A DNA stretch of 41,449 nt from a virus (lineage: Duplodnaviria > Caudoviricetes), in the IMG/VR virus record IMGVR_UViG_3300011444_000007, positions 1-41,449 of that record; one strand, given 5' to 3'. The position numbers and the translations under genes were made by a program. The notes beneath the pieces are model-generated. The model worked only from the letters and a program-made list of their open reading frames with translations, searched no databases and was not told where the DNA came from. This document shows positions 34,963 through 41,449 of the stretch, piece after piece (position 1 is the first letter of the stretch; each line of letters opens with the position of its first letter).

Positions 34963-37224
34963 CTACTTGTACGGGAGCGTCCCGAGGATGACTTGCCGCG
35001 CGGCGTCCGGGAGCAGCGCGAGTCGGTCGATGTGCTTCTGTTGCCCGGGGAACTCGTGCAGCACCAGAACCTTGGCCGACGGTGCCGCGCCGACCGCCAC
35101 TGTAGCGCTCGTCATGTTGCCGACCAGCCTGGGCCCTTCGCGTAGCGCCACCGTCGTGACGCGGCCCTGCACGCTATCCGCGAAGCTCGCGATCATCTCG
35201 GCGGCGGTCGCCTTCGCGTGCGCGCGCAACTCGACGTTCGCATTCACCAACTCGTAGCCATCCAGCGGCTTGCCCGGCTCGAGGCCCTCGGCCGCGGCGC
35301 CATCCAGGCCGAGCAGCTTGGCCAACGTGCTGTTCTGCAGTTGCTCATCGATCAGACCGAATCGCGCCGTCGCCTCGCCTGGACTGACATAGACGCGCAG
35401 CGGTTCGGCACGGCCACCCGCAAGCCCGAACTCTTTCGAGTACAGACCCTCGATGTCCAGCACCTCGACCTTCTCGCGGTGCAATGACCGAAGCGTATTG
35501 GGTGCGCTCGGCGTGAAGGTCACGAGGCATTCGAAGTGCATGGTCGGCGACAGGAAAATGCCGTTCGTTCCGCTCTCGACCTGGATCCCGGGACCGATCG
35601 GTTGCACCAATTGGTAGCGCAGATTACGCGTCGGAACGGCCGGCGTCCCGGCATGGTTGGTCAAGAAGCACGGCACGTACTCGGCCGTGGTGCCGTAGGG
35701 GCTGTTGATCCATTCAAGCCGGAAGATGCCCAGGTCCTCGTCGAGCACGTTGAGGTGAACCGGACCCGGAGGCGCGTCGAGCGTGCTTTCCCCGGCCTGC
35801 GCTCGGTAGCTGACGTTGCGGTACATCGACGTAAGCTCGAGGTCGACCCGGCTCGCCATCATCTGGCCTTTCGTCGACGGGATGATGCATGCCTGCCCCC
35901 ACACCGGCGACGGTGCACGCGCACCGCTCACTGGATCGAGTAGCCCGACACGAACCGAACGCCAGTCCCGGAACCTATCGATGTACTTGCGGTTGATCCG
36001 GAACGTCTGGCGGAAGTGCTGCTTGAGCGCCTGAATCCGCATCGACACATTGCCGAACGCGTCGAAGTCACTGCCGCGCCCACCGAGCGTGCCATCCAGA
36101 TCGCCTTCCAGCCAATGCTTGCTGATCGTGTCGAAGTTCCACCGACGCGAACCAACTGGCTTCACCCGATCCATCGCGTCGAGCCACGTTTGCACCGGCA
36201 CCCACGTCCCGGCCAACACCTCGACATCGCGCGTCACGTTCTCGACCGGATCGTAGACCTGAATGGTGGTCTGCGGATCGACGGTCGGCAACACGTTCTC
36301 CAAGTAGGGCGCGTTCGGGCTGCTCGCCGCCGTCGTGCCTCCTCGGTAGTCGTCATAGTACGACATCAGCAGCTCGACCTCGCGCTCGTAGTAGACGTGC
36401 ACCTCCTTGGGCCTGATGTGCGTGCGGTTCACCAGCGCGAACTTCTCGCCGTCCCAAGTGTGCGGCGGAAGTTGCTTCAGGTACTGCTCCGCGCCGTGCA
36501 GGTCGGCGCCGTCGAACACTCGCACGTTGCCGTCGGGGTGGACGTAGACCTCGGCGCCCGGGATGTAGGAGAGCAACCGCGCGAACGCGACGTCGCCCTG
36601 ATCGCGCAGTTGCACGTTCTGCAACGTGAACTGGCCATCTTCGTCATCGCCCTCGATCGGGAAACTCTCGATGGTGTAGCTGCCCTGCTGCGGGCCGAAG
36701 ACCGGGCCGCCACTCGCCGGTGCCAATCCCTCGCCGTCCCCGTCCTTCCCCTCCAGGATGTCGAGCACGTCGCGCACCGCCGCCTTGCAGGTCCATCTCA
36801 CGTCACCGTCGAGCGAGTAGGCTCGATACTGGTACTTGTCGTGAGTCACCAGGATTTCGACGCCGCCAGACTGACCGGGAGCCGCGATCTTGTCGCCCGT
36901 GCGCTTCGCCGTGTTGTAGTCGCGGCAGATCAGCTTGTAGGGCCACTTCCATCTGCGGTCCGCGACCACGAACGAGACGCGGTTCGGGCTGTCGCTCGGG
37001 ATCTCGTACAGAATGGTCAGGTTCTTGAACTTGCTCTCGACGCCGCGGCTGTCTCGGATTCTCAACTCGAGAAACTTCCCCATCTGGCCCTTGAGGCTCT
37101 GCCATTGCCGCTTGTGCGCCTGCATCACGGCCTGATAGGGCGCGGTGCCGGTCTGGATTCGCCAGACGACCGGAGAGTTAGCCGCGAGATCAACGCCGCC
37201 TAGGGTCACTTCGGCTTTGGTCAC
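34963..37224 (-). CDS. Putative tail hub/baseplate protein (753 aa)
   Basis: Long GTGA-coupled ORF. VVADRRWKW and VYVHPDGNVRVF resemble tail hub (Tal/gp27-like) elements. Confidence 0.55.
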   Translation of the reverse strand: MTKAEVTLGGVDLAANSPVVWRIQTGTAPYQAVMQAHKRQWQSLKGQMGKFLELRIRDSRGVESKFKNLTILYEIPSDSPNRVSFVVADRRWKWPYKLICRDYNTAKRTGDKIAAPGQSGGVEILVTHDKYQYRAYSLDGDVRWTCKAAVRDVLDILEGKDGDGEGLAPASGGPVFGPQQGSYTIESFPIEGDDEDGQFTLQNVQLRDQGDVAFARLLSYIPGAEVYVHPDGNVRVFDGADLHGAEQYLKQLPPHTWDGEKFALVNRTHIRPKEVHVYYEREVELLMSYYDDYRGGTTAASSPNAPYLENVLPTVDPQTTIQVYDPVENVTRDVEVLAGTWVPVQTWLDAMDRVKPVGSRRWNFDTISKHWLEGDLDGTLGGRGSDFDAFGNVSMRIQALKQHFRQTFRINRKYIDRFRDWRSVRVGLLDPVSGARAPSPVWGQACIIPSTKGQMMASRVDLELTSMYRNVSYRAQAGESTLDAPPGPVHLNVLDEDLGIFRLEWINSPYGTTAEYVPCFLTNHAGTPAVPTRNLRYQLVQPIGPGIQVESGTNGIFLSPTMHFECLVTFTPSAPNTLRSLHREKVEVLDIEGLYSKEFGLAGGRAEPLRVYVSPGEATARFGLIDEQLQNSTLAKLLGLDGAAAEGLEPGKPLDGYELVNANVELRAHAKATAAEMIASFADSVQGRVTTVALREGPRLVGNMTSATVAVGAAPSAKVLVLHEFPGQQKHIDRLALLPDAARQVILGTLPYK

Positions 37225-38633
37225 GAGCCGCTCCCAGGCGTCGTGGTGCCGCCACCGCTCGGCCTCGTGTGGTAGCGCTCGACGACCGATTCGGTGAGCA
37301 CCGATACGAGCATCTGGCCGACATCGCCGTCCGGGTCACCGACCCACTGGCGGGATACCTGACTCGAACTCGACGTGACGTTCCAGCCGTCGGGCACCAC
37401 GTCGCCGGTGTTCCGCTCGTCGACTCCCGTGATGCTTCCGTACGATTCGTCGAACAGGCCGGCCGGCCCAGGGTCTGCGGTCTTGCCACCGATGCGGCGC
37501 TTCGGCGCTTCCTCGCCGAGTGCGATCGCGGTGCGCGACCAGACGCGTTCCCGGATCCCCCATCCCTGGTCTGCCTCCATCGAGAACTCGCCCTGGCCGT
37601 GGACCGGCGTGTAGTCGATGGTGCGTTGCTCGCGGTAGGCCACCGACTCGCTCACCTCGACCACGTCGCTCGCGCCGCCTTGCTTCCGGTAGACGAGGCG
37701 AAGCGAACTGCTCAAGCGCTTCCTGGTCTCGTCGTAGGAGACGCGCACGTCCTCGATGGCCAACACCTGCGGCTCGAACTGGTCGCGGAACATCTGCACG
37801 ATGTGCGGCTTGATCTTGTCGTCCCACACGCTTTGCAGGTCCTGAGTCTGCTCGATGTCGATGGCGCAGTCGTAGGTCGCCACCACATGCCGGAGCCTCG
37901 CGATGTTCTGGCTGGCATCGCCAAGGTGCGCGTGCTGGTCGTTGAACACGACGCGATGGTCTCGGATCTCGTCGTCGTCGCGCGTGCCTTGCGACTGGTC
38001 GGCCAGGAGTTGCACGTACTGGCGCGTGAAGGTCGCGTGATGGTCGAGCCGGTCTGTGCTCACGTCCTCGTCCGCGAGTTCCCACGTCGCCTCGCTGTCG
38101 ATCGCGTTGAGGAAGGTCTCGGCCTCGCTGTCGAAGTTCGAGACGTAGGTTGCGCGCGCCCCGGTGCCATGGAGCGCCGTGTAGATGCCGCGCATCGTCA
38201 CGATCTGCTGCCGCGACGCTTCGTAGTGCGTCGACACCGCGACCTCGCGGAGCCCGTCCAGATCGTTGGCCGGCAGCTTGCCCTCAATCGAACAGGTGTA
38301 GGCGCGCGAGTAGCCTCGGTCGGTCTGCGGCTTGCCGGTCTTCGCGAGGTTCGCGGCCGTGTTCAACACGTCGGTCCCGAACACGTACTCGAACGTGCTA
38401 CCGCCCATCGCGATGGCGAGCGACTGGTCACGCTTGCTGAACGCCTGCTCGATGGTCGCGCACGAGCCCTTCAATCCCTCGTGACTTCCGGCCACCACCA
38501 ACACCTCGAACACGAGTCGCAAATCGCTCGGGCTCTTGTCGATGACGTAGGGCGCGGACAGCAAGTAGGTGCTGCTGCTGCCACCGACCGATTGGTCACC
38601 GTAGGTGATGGCGAAAGGGTTCGTTCGTGTCAT
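37221..38633 (-). CDS. Putative tail structural protein (470 aa)
   Basis: ATG at 38633 with GGAG RBS; beta-rich with repeated-looking domains. Confidence 0.65.
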   Translation of the reverse strand: MTRTNPFAITYGDQSVGGSSSTYLLSAPYVIDKSPSDLRLVFEVLVVAGSHEGLKGSCATIEQAFSKRDQSLAIAMGGSTFEYVFGTDVLNTAANLAKTGKPQTDRGYSRAYTCSIEGKLPANDLDGLREVAVSTHYEASRQQIVTMRGIYTALHGTGARATYVSNFDSEAETFLNAIDSEATWELADEDVSTDRLDHHATFTRQYVQLLADQSQGTRDDDEIRDHRVVFNDQHAHLGDASQNIARLRHVVATYDCAIDIEQTQDLQSVWDDKIKPHIVQMFRDQFEPQVLAIEDVRVSYDETRKRLSSSLRLVYRKQGGASDVVEVSESVAYREQRTIDYTPVHGQGEFSMEADQGWGIRERVWSRTAIALGEEAPKRRIGGKTADPGPAGLFDESYGSITGVDERNTGDVVPDGWNVTSSSSQVSRQWVGDPDGDVGQMLVSVLTESVVERYHTRPSGGGTTTPGSGS

Positions 38634-38637
38634 CGGC

Positions 38638-39201
38638 TCATCTCCACTTCCCGAGTTCGCGCACCAAGTAGTCGGCCGCGTCGCGCAGCATCTCGCCGAT
38701 ATTGTCCATGGCCTTGTCGAGAAGCCTTTCCGGATTGACGCTGCGCATCGCGGGATCAGACTCCAGAATGGAGCGACCGCGTTCCCGCAACGTGTTGATC
38801 CCCATGCGCGAGCTGAAGTATTCGTGCGCGCCTGGTGGAGTCGCGTCCTGAATCCCCGCGACGGTGCCGAATGCCGCAATCATCTCCTCGCGAGATTTCG
38901 CTTGTGCGCGCCCTTCGTTGCCAAGATTGGCGAGCAATGCCGTCTCCAACGCCTTGCCCCAACCGCCGAACGCCTCGCCCATCACGTCACTGATGCCGCC
39001 GAGCAGAGGTCCCTGCAACGCTGCGTTCGCGGCCGAGAACCCGACGCCCATGCCGACCGCGCGCATACCGGAACCGAGCGCTTGCGACAGGAACCCGCTC
39101 GCGCGCTTCCCGGTCGTCGCCGAGGCCGTCGTGAGCGCGTCCAGTTCCTTCTTGGCCTCGCTCGTGTCGAGCACGACCTTGATCTTGAGTTCCGTGTCCA
39201 T
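38638..39201 (-). CDS. Short helical tape-measure-like protein (187 aa)
   Basis: MDTELKIKVVLDTSEAKKEL resembles a tape-measure N-terminus; Gly/Ala-rich helices. Confidence 0.55.
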   Translation of the reverse strand: MDTELKIKVVLDTSEAKKELDALTTASATTGKRASGFLSQALGSGMRAVGMGVGFSAANAALQGPLLGGISDVMGEAFGGWGKALETALLANLGNEGRAQAKSREEMIAAFGTVAGIQDATPPGAHEYFSSRMGINTLRERGRSILESDPAMRSVNPERLLDKAMDNIGEMLRDAADYLVRELGKWR

Positions 39202-39202
39202 C

Positions 39203-39874
39203 TCAGCGTCCCCTCGGCATCCTACTCAATGCCCTACCAAGCTCCTCGATTTTCGCGGGACCGCCGTTCGATTCCCACGATGCCCAAAGCCTATTGGCGC
39301 CCGACAGGATCAGGTTGTCGATCAGCTGGTTGGCCTGAAACCGAGGGTCGCGCATGAGCCTGGCGCGGCCCGCGAGGTCGCGGCGCGCCAACTCGCGCAC
39401 GTCCCGGAACAACTCGTGGATCTGATCGTCGGCGCCGTCTTCCATGCCCATGATTGCGAGCAGGTTCGGCCGGCTCGCGATGAACCCGCGGGCCTGCTGG
39501 TCCGCCATCGCGTCGGGCGACAGGTTGCCGAGCGCCATCTGCTTCAAGTTCTCGCCCATGTTCTCGAACGAGCGGCCGGTGCCGAGCCGCAACCCCACGA
39601 GCGCGCCGACGACAACTGCGCTGCCGATCGCCCCGGCCGGCGTCATGAGCATGCGGCCCGTGCGCAGGCCCGCATCGATCCGATCGAAGCCAGCGGCTCG
39701 GCCGACCGCGCTAGCCGTGCCGTTCAGCGCGCGGATGCCACGCCGAGCCAACCGCGCGAGGAACCCGCGCTTGCGTGCGTGGTCCTGCAAGACCCGGTCT
39801 TCGCGCGCGCGAGTCGGCACGGAAGCGCTCTGCCGGTCGCCCATCCTGACCCGAATCGTGATCGCGTCGCCCAT
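39203..39874 (-). CDS. Short helical tape-measure/ejection-like protein (223 aa)
   Basis: MGDAITIRVRMGD start; basic region and a hydrophobic PAGAIGSAVVVGALVGL segment. Confidence 0.55.
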   Translation of the reverse strand: MGDAITIRVRMGDRQSASVPTRAREDRVLQDHARKRGFLARLARRGIRALNGTASAVGRAAGFDRIDAGLRTGRMLMTPAGAIGSAVVVGALVGLRLGTGRSFENMGENLKQMALGNLSPDAMADQQARGFIASRPNLLAIMGMEDGADDQIHELFRDVRELARRDLAGRARLMRDPRFQANQLIDNLILSGANRLWASWESNGGPAKIEELGRALSRMPRGR

Positions 39875-40659
39875 CAGGCCACCCGGTAGGAGCCGACCTC
39901 GGCTCCGCTCGTCCCTTCGGCCTCCGCAACCCCGCGCGCGTTGTACTCGGCGAAAACGGTGTAGGTCCAGCCGCTGACCTGCGAGCCCACGAACACGGGT
40001 GCGGTGCCGGTGTAGACCACGGTGCCGTCGGTCGGGTCCACGCTCGGGTCCTGGCCCTGCTTGCGCACGAGCCGGTAGCGGAAGAAATCGAACCGCTGCT
40101 CGCAATGGTCGCCGAACCATTCCCATTTGGTGACGTTGTAGCGCAGGCGCTGCGGCGATGCGAAGTGTGGCGCGGTCGTGCACCAGGCCGAGAGCATCAG
40201 TTCCTGCACCGCGATGTACGAGATGGTGTCGAGCGGATGCGTCGCGGCCGTGCCGGTGCCGCTGACCAGAATGCGCGCGCCGTCCATGCCGGTCAGGTTC
40301 TGCACGGCGAAGCACGCGCGCTCCATGACCTCGCCCACGCCCTTGCCCGCACTCTTGCCCAGGCTGGTCGTCGACCCGCCGATGACCGCGAACTCGCCCA
40401 TGCGGTCACCCTTCACCTCGGCCCCGATGGCCAGCCGGAACCGCTGCTCGACGAGTCCCGGGTCTTGCTCATCCATGGTGCCGTCGCCAAGCTGCACGAA
40501 GCACCAGGGCACGCCGTTCGGGATCTGCTTCGCGTTGGGCGGCGACGCGCACACCACCACGCGGCCGTTCGGGCCAAACACGAGCCCAGACGGCGAGGCG
40601 GACCACCGCACCTGCTGTAGCTTGTGCTTGAGCTGCTGCGCCATCTGGACCGGGTTCAT
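39874..40659 (-). CDS. Putative tail completion/terminator protein with C-terminal beta domain (261 aa)
   Basis: ATG 40659 overlaps the upstream stop. PWCFV...DG..DE pattern; C-terminal FN3-like YRLVRK...YTVFAEY. Confidence 0.55.
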   Translation of the reverse strand: MNPVQMAQQLKHKLQQVRWSASPSGLVFGPNGRVVVCASPPNAKQIPNGVPWCFVQLGDGTMDEQDPGLVEQRFRLAIGAEVKGDRMGEFAVIGGSTTSLGKSAGKGVGEVMERACFAVQNLTGMDGARILVSGTGTAATHPLDTISYIAVQELMLSAWCTTAPHFASPQRLRYNVTKWEWFGDHCEQRFDFFRYRLVRKQGQDPSVDPTDGTVVYTGTAPVFVGSQVSGWTYTVFAEYNARGVAEAEGTSGAEVGSYRVA

Positions 40660-41147
40660 GGGCCCGCCTTGGGCGCCTTGCCCAGGAAGCTGGTAGGCGA
40701 GGCGACGCCGCGCCCGCCGCGTCGAACCCGCTCCTGCCACCGCATCCCGCCCATGCTCGAGGGCGGCGCATCGTCCGGTGCGCCGGCCGGTGCGGACTTC
40801 GACGCGGCCAGCAGCTTGGAGGCAGCGGCAGCGGCCAGTTTCTTGACCAGCGTTTCCTCGGCATCCTGACTCGCGTCGGAACCCGCTTCGGCCAACTGCG
40901 GGTCGGCGACCGCATAGCCGATGCCGAGAGCCAGGTCGCGCGCGTGCACGTCGCCAAGGATCGCCATGGCCTCCTGATGGTCCGGAGGCTGATCCAGGAA
41001 CCAGGGCAGCGGCGGTCGCTGGGCCCGCAGCCACTGGTTGTACGCGTCGTTGGTCAGCGTGACCTCGCGTGCCGGCACGCGTCTGCGGAGCCTGAGCAGC
41101 AGCGACGCGGTGAGCATCAGCGACAGGACGATTTCGAGGATGGTCAT
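40656..41147 (-). CDS. Hypothetical protein with N-terminal hydrophobic helix (163 aa); tail-chaperone position
   Basis: MTILEIVLSLMLTASLLL; ATGA-coupled to the junction gene. Confidence 0.65.
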   Translation of the reverse strand: MTILEIVLSLMLTASLLLRLRRRVPAREVTLTNDAYNQWLRAQRPPLPWFLDQPPDHQEAMAILGDVHARDLALGIGYAVADPQLAEAGSDASQDAEETLVKKLAAAAASKLLAASKSAPAGAPDDAPPSSMGGMRWQERVRRGGRGVASPTSFLGKAPKAGP

Positions 41148-41449
41148 AGCTCAAGGTCCGGGAGGCGCCCGATCGACAGGACGCGGCCCGCGAGGTCGCC
41201 CAAACAGCCGAACGATAGCGGCAGCCCCAGTTCGGACTTCCGGTCGAACTGCATCGTGATGCCTGGGTCCCAGTTCGGCACCGCCGCATAGAGCAGCACG
41301 GCCGGGACGTGCAGCAGGTCGTCAGGAGCGAACAGCAACTGGATCTGACGAGCGCTCGCTTTCGCGCCCGGGTACTTGCTCCCGGGAATCGACATGGTGC
41401 GGCGCCCGGTCTGCGTGCCGGTGCCCTGCTCGTTGGTGTGCAGTTCCTC
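41144..41449 (-). CDS. 3' part of the junction-spanning 189-aa protein (starts at 387)
   Basis: Frame is continuous with 1..387; ends ...GRLPDLEL*. Confidence 0.85.
   Translation of the reverse strand, partial: EELHTNEQGTGTQTGRRTMSIPGSKYPGAKASARQIQLLFAPDDLLHVPAVLLYAAVPNWDPGITMQFDRKSELGLPLSFGCLGDLAGRVLSIGRLPDLEL
41327..41449. repeat. 123-bp direct terminal repeat, copy 2
   Basis: Identical to 1-123. Confidence 0.97.

Noticed and set aside
31012-35145. Very long + strand ORFs (1377 aa here; also 5445-7685, 37269-38738 and others)
   Set aside because: These are Arg/Ala-rich antisense shadows expected in high-GC coding DNA and show no domain motifs, unlike the ORF inside the intein.
41144-41395. 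83-aa ORF as a stand-alone gene
   Set aside because: It is the C-terminal part of the junction-spanning 189-aa gene.
41327-41449. Biological terminal repeat
   Set aside because: It falls mid-gene and far from terS, which fits an assembler overlap better.

Overview
This looks like a complete, circularly assembled tailed-phage (Caudoviricetes) genome of about 41.3 kb with high GC. Bases 1-123 are repeated exactly at 41327-41449, and one gene reads through that junction. Almost all genes are on the minus strand, often coupled by ATGA/GTGA overlaps. The late module runs terS, terL, a repeat-flanked XRE cassette, a Mu gp29-like portal, MuF with an intein, an HTH, protease/scaffold, a decoration protein, a Mu gpT-like major capsid, head completion genes, fibre and holin-like genes, a tandem paralogue pair, an atypical tail region and a tandem SGNH esterase. 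The early module contains an HD hydrolase, a DUF1376-type replication protein with iteron-like repeats, a secreted protein, a RusA-like resolvase and a RecE-like exonuclease. I did not recognise an integrase, transposase, DNA polymerase, endolysin, long tape measure, tRNA or CRISPR array. The standout feature is the MuF intein (12482-13342, minus strand). It has no in-frame endonuclease, but the opposite strand carries a 251-aa gene (12542-13297) with HTH, NUMOD3-like and DUF559/Vsr-like endonuclease features. That gene is nested almost end to end within the intein and appears to have its own promoter written into the intein's C-terminal splicing block. All product calls come from motif recognition by eye; no searches were run.
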